Shown one piece after another: positions 49,503-58,787 of a DNA stretch of 64,000 nucleotides (its first letter is position 1; the number at the start of each line of letters is the position of its first letter). Source of the DNA: a virus; IMG/VR virus record IMGVR_UViG_3300017725_000001, positions 60,178-124,177 of that record; one strand, 5' to 3'. The notes under the pieces are model-generated. The model worked only from the letters and a program-made list of their open reading frames with translations, made no database searches and was not told where the DNA came from. The translations under genes and the position numbers were made by a program.

Positions 49503-51412
49503 TAACGTTTTGCCTCTGCTTCTCTAAACACAAATGTTTTCTTTTTATCTTCTAATTCTTTTAGATACCTTGCATATATTTCTATTGATTTATCTAACGT
49601 TTCTATCTTTTGCATTATATTATTTACTTGAAGTGTCTTATCTGCTCCATCTTCAAGTTCATTTTCTGCCTCTTCTAACATTTCGTTCATCATAGTTTTT
49701 TCTTTTTCAAAACTATCAATATTTTGTTTTGCAATAGTTAATGAAGAATCTATATTTTTTTCGTTTACTTTTGCAAGGGTTTCGTTTAAAACTCTATCTG
49801 TTTGTTCATTATAAATTTCATTAAACCTATCACTACCGCCAAAGAACCCACTTACTGCGTTACCAAATCTTAACATATTCTTTGTTAAGAATTCTGCTGA
49901 GTTACCAATTGTAGCAAAACCCGGTGTTAACATTTCTTGTATATTTTGAAATGTAACAGAAAAGTTATCTATTGCATCAATTGTAGAATCTGCTTGTTCT
50001 GTTTGTTCTTTATAAAAAGTAGGAGATGTTAATTTATCTAAATCTGCCATTGTAAAACTATCTGGAACTATAGTCGCTCCGGCAATTACTGTATTAGCCC
50101 AAGTAAGAATTTCACTGTTTGCTGATAATTTTGGTAATTGTTTTTTTATTAATTTAACAAATTCACGTTGTCTTGCTACTGCCTCTGCTTCTGATGTAAT
50201 CTTTCCTGTGGATGTATCTTCTACCATTTTTACAAACATCTGTGCAACCCCTGGTCCTACTGCCTGTAGTTTATCTAAGAAATCTTGTGGAATATTGTTA
50301 ATTGCTGATTGGTCGTATTGTATATCACCTACTGTACCTTCTACTGCTTTACCAAATGCTTCTTTAAACTCTTCACCCATTGTTGCATTCATTAATGGAG
50401 CAAAATAACCTTTTGCCGCCGTAATATTTTTTATAGCATTAGCACCTAGTGTTTCGTTTAAATATTGAGCATTCTGTAGTATAGCTGTTTGAAAGTCTAC
50501 TGTAGTACGTGCTTCTTCTCTTTGTCTTAGTGTTTCCATTCGTGATTGTCCTAAACTGTCTGCTAAAAACAATCCTAATTTGTTTGCTTTTTCAAATGAA
50601 TTAATTAGTATATCTTGACTTTTAGATTTCATGTTATCAAGTTCTCCTAATTGATAAAGTGTTTCTGCTTCTTGTGCTAGAAATTGTGTCTGTTGTTGTA
50701 TTGTCATACCAAAGTCAGAGAATTTTTCGTTAGTAGATACATCTTCTAAGAACTCTGCTAATATTACCTGCCCTTTGAATACGTCACCTTCTGATGCTGT
50801 AATAAACGGCAAGGCTGATTCTGTTACGTCTGCATATTTTTTAAATCCCATTCCTAAATTTCTAATAGAAGATCTTAATGTTGTATACATATCTATATCT
50901 GATACTACTGAACCATAATTAATTAATTGCCTTGCATACTTGTCTTGTTCAGTTAAGAGTTTTGCATAAACTACACCAATACCAGTTGTTGCTACTATTG
51001 CTTTACCACCTGCGGTAGTTGCACCTCTTAACACTTTACCAAATTTTCCTACTGCTGGTCCCATAAAGTTACCAATTGTTGCACCAGTGTTATATGCTAT
51101 CTTGGCTACTTCATGTGATAATTCTGCAATAGCATTTGCTGGTTGAGCATTTGCCATAAGTCCTTTAATAGTGCCGCCTGTATCTTTAATTATTCCATCA
51201 ATTTTATCTTGGTTTTCTTTTGCTTTTTCTTCTGCTGTTTTTGATTTATCTTTTGCTTTAGATACTTGTATTGCTTTTGAGCCATCACCTATTATTGCCG
51301 CTACTTTAGCGATTGTCATATTGCCTTCGGTTAATTCCGAATTTAACATATCTAAGGCTTCTTCAGTTGCCCAAGGATAGTTTTTTACTAGGTTATCAAA
51401 ATATTCTTGCAT
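49502..51412 (-). CDS. Tape-measure-like helical virion protein
   Basis: As above (YPWATE); late promoter at 51462; divergent from the gp26-like gene. Confidence 0.5.
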   Translation of the reverse strand: MQEYFDNLVKNYPWATEEALDMLNSELTEGNMTIAKVAAIIGDGSKAIQVSKAKDKSKTAEEKAKENQDKIDGIIKDTGGTIKGLMANAQPANAIAELSHEVAKIAYNTGATIGNFMGPAVGKFGKVLRGATTAGGKAIVATTGIGVVYAKLLTEQDKYARQLINYGSVVSDIDMYTTLRSSIRNLGMGFKKYADVTESALPFITASEGDVFKGQVILAEFLEDVSTNEKFSDFGMTIQQQTQFLAQEAETLYQLGELDNMKSKSQDILINSFEKANKLGLFLADSLGQSRMETLRQREEARTTVDFQTAILQNAQYLNETLGANAIKNITAAKGYFAPLMNATMGEEFKEAFGKAVEGTVGDIQYDQSAINNIPQDFLDKLQAVGPGVAQMFVKMVEDTSTGKITSEAEAVARQREFVKLIKKQLPKLSANSEILTWANTVIAGATIVPDSFTMADLDKLTSPTFYKEQTEQADSTIDAIDNFSVTFQNIQEMLTPGFATIGNSAEFLTKNMLRFGNAVSGFFGGSDRFNEIYNEQTDRVLNETLAKVNEKNIDSSLTIAKQNIDSFEKEKTMMNEMLEEAENELEDGADKTLQVNNIMQKIETLDKSIEIYARYLKELEDKKKTFVFREAEAKR

Positions 51413-51513
51413 AGCTCGTTTTCTGGTGTTTTAATTCGTATAAATACACTTGTAATATACAGTATTTATGGTATTCATTAAAGTATACTATAATGTATAA
51501 ATTGGAGAAACTA

Positions 51514-52341
51514 ATGACAAACCCATTAATTCAAGCATATAGAAAACCAAATATGTACGTAAGTTTGCCAAGTGGTGGTAGATTCTATAAAGATAAACCA
51601 ACATTATCAGCAGATAACGAACTAGCAGTATATGCAATGACAGCAAGGGATGAACTTATAACCAAGACACCGGATGCTCTGTTTAACGGAGAAGCCACAG
51701 TAAGTCTAATTAAAAGTTGTTGTCCGGATATTAAAGATCCAAATAATATGCCGGTCAGTGATTTATTAGTAATACTGGTTGGAATTAGACAAGCAAGTTT
51801 CGGTAAGGACATTGATATAGATGTTAAATGTCCAAAATGCGAACACCAAAACCAACTAACACTCAATGCAAGTGCAATGTTATCTAATACAAAATCAACA
51901 ACATCAGATCAAGAAGTTGTTATACAAGATGATATTAAGGTTACTTGTAACCCATATACGTTACAAGATAGAACTACTTTGCAAGTACAACAAATTAAAC
52001 AGCAAAAAATGATTGCTAGTTTAGCTGACGCAAAATTAGATGATGCCGGCAGACAAGAGTTATTTGGTAAAACATTTGTAGAAATTGCAGAACTTACAGT
52101 AGCATTGATTACTAATAGTATTAGTAGTGTTAATGCAAACGGCGATACAATAGTTGACAAAGAAATGATCAAAGAGTGGTTACAAACTATAACCAAAAGT
52201 GATTATGACAAAGTAAAAGCTAAAGTTGAAGAACTCAGCGAATCAGGTCTTGAAACTGCGTTTAACGCAAAGTGTCAAGAATGTCAACATGAATGGAAAA
52301 CTGGTGTAGACTTGGATGTAGCAAATTTTTTCGTGGGTTGA
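51514..52341 (+). CDS. Baseplate hub assembly protein (gp26-like)
   Basis: LPSGG.FY, MTARDE, IRQASFG, CPKC and CQEC zinc motifs. Start at MTNPL with GGAG RBS. Confidence 0.8.
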   Translation: MTNPLIQAYRKPNMYVSLPSGGRFYKDKPTLSADNELAVYAMTARDELITKTPDALFNGEATVSLIKSCCPDIKDPNNMPVSDLLVILVGIRQASFGKDIDIDVKCPKCEHQNQLTLNASAMLSNTKSTTSDQEVVIQDDIKVTCNPYTLQDRTTLQVQQIKQQKMIASLADAKLDDAGRQELFGKTFVEIAELTVALITNSISSVNANGDTIVDKEMIKEWLQTITKSDYDKVKAKVEELSESGLETAFNAKCQECQHEWKTGVDLDVANFFVG

Positions 52342-52571
52342 TAGCTTCTCGTCAGCCCGAAGAAATCATTAAAATAGTTGAACGTTATAATAAAGATCAC
52401 GAAAAGACTGAGTCAAATTATATTGACATAGTGATTCGATCTGAAGGTTCTTTCAGTTATCAAGACATAATGACTATGCCCGTAAACAGTATAGCATTGT
52501 TAGTTGAAAGAATGAATAGTAGGATTGAAGAGTTGAACAAGCAATCTAAACAGGCTTCTGGTCGCCGGTAA
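52323..52571 (+). CDS. gp51-like baseplate/tail assembly chaperone extension, probably reached by -1 frameshift
   Basis: The -1 frame is open across the gp26 stop from AAATTTTTTC; FSYQDIMTMP motif; no convincing own RBS/start. Confidence 0.55.
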   Translation, partial: KFFRGLIASRQPEEIIKIVERYNKDHEKTESNYIDIVIRSEGSFSYQDIMTMPVNSIALLVERMNSRIEELNKQSKQASGRR

Positions 52572-53016
52572 TTAGTTTATAATACTCTGCAGGCCAATTC
52601 TCATAATAGTTAGTAGTTTTTAGATACTTACGTTTCTTAAGTATATCACCTCGTAATTGAACAAATACACAATCCGTAAAGTTTTTTGCAAAATGTCCAC
52701 TATCACGTGTACTTGTAAAAAGTAATAGTTCAGGATTGGCTTTCATATGATCTTCGCAAAATTTTTCTACAGGACCAATATCATCTATATCACCTAACCA
52801 GTCAATACCAATCTCAAATTTTTCTTGGTCAAATGTTTTTATTTCATCTAGAGAGTTACGTGCATCCAAGAACTGGATTTTCTTTTGCAATCTAGCCTTA
52901 CGTGCAAATGGACATATAGGTTGGGCGTCTAAGTCAGAACGAGGCTTTTCTATCGTATCTTCAGTCCATTGTAAGAATTTAGTAATAAAGTCGTCGAAGT
53001 TCATTATGTCTTTCAT
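52546..53016 (-). CDS. Hypothetical protein (DUF1415-like CPFA motif)
   Basis: QWTEDTIE....ICPFAR motif. Confidence 0.5.
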   Translation of the reverse strand: MKDIMNFDDFITKFLQWTEDTIEKPRSDLDAQPICPFARKARLQKKIQFLDARNSLDEIKTFDQEKFEIGIDWLGDIDDIGPVEKFCEDHMKANPELLLFTSTRDSGHFAKNFTDCVFVQLRGDILKKRKYLKTTNYYENWPAEYYKLITGDQKPV

Positions 53017-53129
53017 TGCTTGTCAGGTAATTGATGTCTACGACATCACCATCTTCGTTTGACTACGTCAAACTCGATGTATTAGCTATCGCTGTCTAGA
53101 AAAGCAAAAATTTGTAATAGTATTTATGT

Positions 53130-53615
53130 TAGTAGAATACTTGCTACTTCACCAGATGTTTTATTCACACTTCGCCTTCCGCAGGCCAAGTGTAAATAAT
53201 GGTCTTCACCGAGAAGCACACACACAATAATATAGTAAACCTAGATTAGCACCTAGGAAGGGCGGTTACGCTGTACCCTTATTACATACTGCTTTACTAA
53301 CGCAGAAACATCCGTTGCTATATTATCAACTTCGGACTATCCTCAAGTTCCAAGTGTCAGGAGAGCTTGATCTTTTTGATTTGTCAAATCAGTGCATTGA
53401 CGTTTTTGGCAACACCAGTATCCGATCATGTGAAACATGACCTCAAGGTGAGTCGACGTACGCCGACCAAACGGAGCCTTGGTGCCTATATTAGTATTGA
53501 GTTGTGTGCCGGTAATTGTCTGACTTTAAGTCTGTTTTGCTTTTTTATTGGGATTGTTATTTGTAATTATATGATGTTTTAATTATTTGCTGTTTATGCA
53601 CTTAAAACCCCAATT
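53130..53615 (-). ncRNA. Putative large structured non-coding element (ncRNA or origin-associated transcript)
   Basis: No credible ORF; at least 8 hairpins; promoter TTGACA-17-TATATT at 53622-53650 pointing into it. Confidence 0.5.
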
Positions 53616-53646
53616 TTCAATAATATAACAAAGATTGATAACGTTG

Positions 53647-54072
53647 TCAACCTTTTTTCAGATGTTCTGTAAGAATTTTTGAACTTCCTACTCTAACATT
53701 AATGATTCCATTATAGTAATCGTCTGTTTCTAGTACCTTGCGATCAAACTGTTCTTTTGCTTCCATATAGCTTAATACGCCTCTACTAGGGCAATAATGC
53801 AATATTTCCTTGGTAAACTTATCTTCACCTAGCTTTAAAACATCAGCATTTAAATGATCTGAAGAACCCCAATAGTCTCTCCAATCACTTTCTTTTGTTC
53901 CACGTCTTTTGTTTTTTCTACCTTTAAGTGGTGGTTTAGTTGTTTTAAACTTTGCTAACTTCTTACCTATATACTTTTTATTATTTGTAGTATTTGTAAT
54001 TAGATATACAAATCCCTCAACGCCTGTTGGAATTTCTGTAACCACTTCACCTTTGTAAGTCCAGTCTATCAT
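53647..54072 (-). CDS. GIY-YIG family endonuclease-like protein
   Basis: GFVYLITN....KYIGKK, YWGSS, E..EQF, YYN motifs. Confidence 0.8.
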   Translation of the reverse strand: MIDWTYKGEVVTEIPTGVEGFVYLITNTTNNKKYIGKKLAKFKTTKPPLKGRKNKRRGTKESDWRDYWGSSDHLNADVLKLGEDKFTKEILHYCPSRGVLSYMEAKEQFDRKVLETDDYYNGIINVRVGSSKILTEHLKKG

Positions 54073-55859
54073 TATGCGTCAATTACTTCTATTTCAGTAT
54101 TGAATGTTGTAAACCCATTTTCTTTTACAACCTGTAGTACACTTCCTACTCTACCTACTAACTCATCTCTGTGAGAAATTAATATTACGTTCTTGCCTCT
54201 GTCTCTTTCCATCTTTTTAAGAATGCCTAATGCACTCTCTACTCCAATAGTATCCATACCACTATCAACAAGTTCGTCAATACACAATAAGTTAATAGGA
54301 TGATTCATACTTTCAAATACATCTCTAAAACTCCAGCTTAATCCAAGTATAAGTCTATTACGTTCACCTCTACTTAGATTATCAAAGTCTAAGTCTTGAC
54401 CTAGTTGCGTAATTGTAACTGTTAAGTCACTTTGAAATTGTACTTCATGTGGTAGTCCAAGTCTTGTAATATAATATTCAAGCCTTGTATTTAAGAACTG
54501 CAAGTTTTGTTCAATAATCTTTTTACGTATAAAACTATCTTTGTTTGTAAGTAGTTTCATTAAAAAATCTTGATGTTCTTTTAATTCTGTTAATCTATTT
54601 ACTTCTGCCCAATCTACTTCTTGTAATCCTGTAGCCTGTAAAGAATCAATTTGTTCTGCATATGGATTAGCTTCGTTTTCAGCATTTGTTAAATCATACT
54701 TTAGTTGATTTATTTTGTTTTGATGTTCATAGGCTTCATTTAATGTGTTGTACTCTGTTCTAGGAGCATCACCCAATTCACCAATTTCTTCTAATCCTAT
54801 TCTATAATCTTTTAATAAATTTTCATCTTCGTCTATGATCTCTTGACATTCGTTTACTGCTTCAGTTTTACTTGTAACAATTTTATCATGTTGTTCATCA
54901 TGTATTTCTTGACCATAAGCATAACACTTATGATCTTTTGCATGATCTAAATCTTGTTGTGCTTTGTCTCTACGTTTTGTTTCACGTTCAATGTGTGTTG
55001 TAAGTTTTGCAATTTCAGAATTTAATGTATCTATTTGATTTCTTTTTTCTGTAAACTTTGCAAATTCATCGTGTGCTTGTAATTCATTATCAATATTAAT
55101 ATGTTCCAACACTTGTATTTCTTGTTTAGACTCTGTTAAACGTTGATCACGTTTTAGTGTCCATTGTGTTTGTCTACGTTCTAAATCTTTGATACTGCTA
55201 TTAATTCTTTCGTTAGCATCTTCAATACCTTTTATTTTATAAGTTTCTTCTGTAATCTTATCTTTGGTATTTTTTGAAAGTTCTTTTAGTATATCAGCTT
55301 TTTCACTTAATTTTGTAATACCAAGTAGTTGTTCAATCATCTCACGTTGATCGTTAGCTCTCATACTTAAAAAAGGATCTGTGTATGTGTTAAGTGCAAC
55401 AATATGTTTAAACATAGTATGAGTCATACCTAATGTTTGTTCAATTACTGCTTGACTTTGTCTACCTTCGCCTTGCATTTCATCAGTGATGCCTTCAGTA
55501 GTATCGTGATTATTAATTAAATATCTAAATGTGTTCGGCTTACGACCTCTTTCAATTCTATATGCTAGTCCATCTTTTTCAAAGTCACAAGTAACCATCA
55601 TTGCTTTGTTATTAGTTTTATTAACTAGATTATCTTTTTTAATATTATAAAGTGCGTTTCCGTATAACGCATAACTTAATGCGTTAATAATAGTTGTTTT
55701 ACCTGTACCATTACGTGAACCATCTCCACCTAAATCAATGTTGTTACCCAACACAAGTGTAAGGCCGTGTTTATCAAAATGAACAGCCTGTGTGACATTA
55801 CCCACACTCATAAAGTTTTTTACGGTGATGTTTTTAATTTTTAACATATTATCGTTCAA
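54072..55859 (-). CDS. Recombination ATPase subunit (gp46/SbcC/Rad50-like)
   Basis: KNFMSVG, NGTGKTT Walker A, LSRGE signature, LCIDE Walker B, ISH. Confidence 0.95.
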   Translation of the reverse strand: MNDNMLKIKNITVKNFMSVGNVTQAVHFDKHGLTLVLGNNIDLGGDGSRNGTGKTTIINALSYALYGNALYNIKKDNLVNKTNNKAMMVTCDFEKDGLAYRIERGRKPNTFRYLINNHDTTEGITDEMQGEGRQSQAVIEQTLGMTHTMFKHIVALNTYTDPFLSMRANDQREMIEQLLGITKLSEKADILKELSKNTKDKITEETYKIKGIEDANERINSSIKDLERRQTQWTLKRDQRLTESKQEIQVLEHINIDNELQAHDEFAKFTEKRNQIDTLNSEIAKLTTHIERETKRRDKAQQDLDHAKDHKCYAYGQEIHDEQHDKIVTSKTEAVNECQEIIDEDENLLKDYRIGLEEIGELGDAPRTEYNTLNEAYEHQNKINQLKYDLTNAENEANPYAEQIDSLQATGLQEVDWAEVNRLTELKEHQDFLMKLLTNKDSFIRKKIIEQNLQFLNTRLEYYITRLGLPHEVQFQSDLTVTITQLGQDLDFDNLSRGERNRLILGLSWSFRDVFESMNHPINLLCIDELVDSGMDTIGVESALGILKKMERDRGKNVILISHRDELVGRVGSVLQVVKENGFTTFNTEIEVIDA

Positions 55860-56871
55860 GTCCTCTGTATATGTCTACTAATAATTCTTTTTTGATTGTA
55901 TCGCTTTGTACTGAATCTAATTGGTTTAAAACAATTTGGTCAACATTCTCTACTTGTATATCTACACCCTTGTTCCAATCATTAGTGTGTTCTTCTTTTT
56001 TACTTGGCATAAGAGCTATCTCTCTTAAATTATATTGTTTAGCAAATGTTTCTTTAATAAAGTTTGCTTCTTCATATGTAATACCAACGTCTAATGTTAC
56101 TCTACAGTATGTTTTATCTGATAGATACTTGTCTGGATCATCAATAAGTTTACTCAATGATAGTGTTCTATACTTTGGTGCATCTGGCCATTGTAAGTAT
56201 TCAATGTCACCATTCCAGTCCAATACCATTGCTCCTCTATCGTCATCCCAAGCATCTGCATAATTGTGTGGGAAACAGTTACCAGGATAGATTACATTCT
56301 TTTGTTGCTGTCTTTTATGAAAGTGTCCACTGAATACTAATTCAGGACCAGCTAAATCGTCTACAGATAATCCACCTGTGTCTGGCATTTCAACTAATGC
56401 ATTCATAAGGAACCTTGGTAGTTCAAAATGACCAAACATATATTTACATTTAATTTTTCTAAGATTCTTCCATTCGTCTTCGCATAACCACGGAATAAAT
56501 GCTACATCACCTTCAACTAAAGGTTTGTCATTAATCATAGTTATATTTTTATAATCTTCAATCATAGACAAACTATGAATTTCACGTTTCTCTCTGTAAT
56601 ACAAATCGTGATTACCAGTAATCATTATTACTTGTTCAAAATTTTCATTGAGTCTACGTAGGTTACTTGTTGTGTAATTTAACGTACTAACGTTAATACT
56701 TGCTCTGTTATGATGCCAGTCACCTAAGAAGAAACATTTTGTTATGCCTCGTTTCTTAGCTTCATCTATCATCCATACAATAAAATCTTCACAGTCTTGG
56801 TTGTGATGTCTACTGTTATTTTTCATACCGAAATGGATATCGGTAAATATCATTGCTTTATCAAAAAACAT
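55849..56871 (-). CDS. Recombination nuclease subunit (gp47/SbcD/Mre11-like)
   Basis: DIHFG, LGDW, GNHD, GHFE, SGHFH phosphoesterase motifs. Confidence 0.95.
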   Translation of the reverse strand: MFFDKAMIFTDIHFGMKNNSRHHNQDCEDFIVWMIDEAKKRGITKCFFLGDWHHNRASINVSTLNYTTSNLRRLNENFEQVIMITGNHDLYYREKREIHSLSMIEDYKNITMINDKPLVEGDVAFIPWLCEDEWKNLRKIKCKYMFGHFELPRFLMNALVEMPDTGGLSVDDLAGPELVFSGHFHKRQQQKNVIYPGNCFPHNYADAWDDDRGAMVLDWNGDIEYLQWPDAPKYRTLSLSKLIDDPDKYLSDKTYCRVTLDVGITYEEANFIKETFAKQYNLREIALMPSKKEEHTNDWNKGVDIQVENVDQIVLNQLDSVQSDTIKKELLVDIYRGLER

Positions 56872-56879
56872 TCATTCTC

Positions 56880-57767
56880 CTAGGCAAAGGTTTTCTTAAC
56901 TAATGAATCAAACCAGTCACGTCTTATTATATACTCATGTTTATATTTGTCAAGTGATTCAGTGAGTTTACTGCATCTCTCAATTTCTAAAAATTTTAAT
57001 ATCTTATCAGCATCATTAAACCAATGTGGGTCACGTATGTATAATGCACCTGGGTTATTCCATAATGTGCTATGTGTTCTAATTCCATATTTGTTATCAA
57101 GTAATTTTTCAAATAATAATCTTTTTAAGTTGTCTGCAGGTTCAAGTGTTGGTTTTATATCTTTACCTTCAATTAAACTATTAACATCCCAATGCATATA
57201 ATTTAATTGCCACATATACAATAGATTACCTTTATCAAATTCATCATGCATCTTTTGATGGTATGTGTCATACCATACTTTTTTCCAATTATCTGTTACC
57301 TTGTCATTTACTAATTTGTGATCAGTCCACCATAGTTCACTATGCTCATCAATGGCGTCTTTGTCTAAATTTCCAAAGGCATGAGTAGTTACATAATGAA
57401 GAGCATCTTCGTAAGTATCTTGATCACATATAATAAGTTTATCACATTCTATTTTTTGATCTTGATGTTTTAAGTTACCAAAGAAATTACTCCACAATAA
57501 CATATCATAATCTTTTTCAAACTTACGCATTGGTGCAATAATGTCACCACGTATATTTTCCATAAGTCTATGACAGTCAGTATACTCTTCGTGTCTAATT
57601 CTGTCTAAAATCATACCACTACGATGACCAGCTTGACCAGTCCATTTATAAGTGTCTGGTAAAAACTCATATACTTGTGGACCAATGTTCTTAGTTGTAG
57701 AATTACATAACCACCAAGCTATGCTATCTTGGGTACCGTTATAACTACCGTATACTACTGTAATCAT
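56880..57767 (-). CDS. Hypothetical protein
   Basis: 295 aa ORF with AGGAG RBS inserted between gp55 and gp47. Confidence 0.7.
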   Translation of the reverse strand: MITVVYGSYNGTQDSIAWWLCNSTTKNIGPQVYEFLPDTYKWTGQAGHRSGMILDRIRHEEYTDCHRLMENIRGDIIAPMRKFEKDYDMLLWSNFFGNLKHQDQKIECDKLIICDQDTYEDALHYVTTHAFGNLDKDAIDEHSELWWTDHKLVNDKVTDNWKKVWYDTYHQKMHDEFDKGNLLYMWQLNYMHWDVNSLIEGKDIKPTLEPADNLKRLLFEKLLDNKYGIRTHSTLWNNPGALYIRDPHWFNDADKILKFLEIERCSKLTESLDKYKHEYIIRRDWFDSLVKKTFA

Positions 57768-57775
57768 TTAGTCTC

Positions 57776-58663
57776 CTATTTTGATAATGGACTTGGTATA
57801 ATTGGTTTGTTTTTTTCTTTTTCTCTTCGTTCTTGATCAGCTTCCCATTGTGCATTAAAAGTTCTAGTATGACTAGGGTTTAAGCCTTCTTCTTCTAATA
57901 AATCATCTCTAATATTTTGACTTCTTTTTTCTAAATTAAGAACTCTAGTAAAGCTATTATTAATTGCGGCTGTATAATATGCAAATGGATTATTACTTTT
58001 AAGTTCATTAAATTGTAATCCAATTTGTGCAAGTTGTAATAGTGCTTGTCCTCGCATCTCATCTACATATGTATAACCACGCCAGTTACCACGCATACTA
58101 TATCGTTCACATAACTTGATATACATACGAGCTAAATTGTCACTAGTCTTTCCATGGCCTACATTAAAGTGTCCATTATCTACTCCACCTTCCCAATGTG
58201 ATCTTCCTACTTCTTGCCATTTTTTATCATCATCCTTAGCATAATGCTTAAATGGTGGGAAGTTACATTTTGCGTGAAGGTCTGCTTCTGTTTTTGGTTT
58301 GTTTTTTCTATTTTCTAAAGGTACGTGTTCAAATGTCATTACTCTTACTACAACATCAGAATCTTTTATACTCTTAACATCAACTGCAAAGTCGGCTACT
58401 CTTGGTTTAGTTTTTTTACCAGTTAACCCTTGCTCCCATCTAATTACTTCAGCTTCGTGTGCTTGTTTTTGTAATCGTGTTGCTCTGTTTTGTTTTGCTT
58501 CTGCTAATACTGTTCGTTTTTTAAGATCTTTGATGTCTTCAACAATAATGTCAAAATGAGAGAACTCATCCGTTTTAGTCCAACAATAAGACATCTTACT
58601 TTTGTGGATCTCTCTTAACAAGTCCTTATTAGTCAAATAAAACTGTCTCTTAGGTCTGTTCAT
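57776..58663 (-). CDS. Late-transcription sigma factor (gp55-like)
   Basis: YLTNKDLL, NWRGYTYVDEM, NPFAYYTAAINNSF.R.LN.EK. Confidence 0.85.
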   Translation of the reverse strand: MNRPKRQFYLTNKDLLREIHKSKMSYCWTKTDEFSHFDIIVEDIKDLKKRTVLAEAKQNRATRLQKQAHEAEVIRWEQGLTGKKTKPRVADFAVDVKSIKDSDVVVRVMTFEHVPLENRKNKPKTEADLHAKCNFPPFKHYAKDDDKKWQEVGRSHWEGGVDNGHFNVGHGKTSDNLARMYIKLCERYSMRGNWRGYTYVDEMRGQALLQLAQIGLQFNELKSNNPFAYYTAAINNSFTRVLNLEKRSQNIRDDLLEEEGLNPSHTRTFNAQWEADQERREKEKNKPIIPSPLSK

Positions 58664-58714
58664 TTAAATCTTTCCGGATATTAGAATTTCTTAATTCTAT
58701 CTTTTGATATGCTT

Positions 58715-58743
58715 ATTATAGTTGAATCCCTACCCAAAGTCAA
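58715..58743 (-). promoter_or_regulatory. Sigma70-type promoter for the gp55-gp47-gp46 operon
   Basis: TTGACT-17-TATAAT. Confidence 0.75.
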
Positions 58744-58787
58744 CCGGTTTTTTAATTTGATAAATAGTAGTAACGGAGAGTCGTAAT

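Noticed and set aside
53320-53345. GAGGATAGTCCG resembling RNase P CR-I or a group I intron S element
   Set aside because: No matching RNase P CR-V or intron R/P7 partner was found, and no interrupted host gene.
53367-53582. 71-aa plus-strand ORF
   Set aside because: TTG start, no RBS, low-complexity hydrophobic tail; lies within the hairpin-rich region.
56880-57767. Possible second sulfotransferase-like protein
   Set aside because: The N-terminal loop is too degenerate to support the call.
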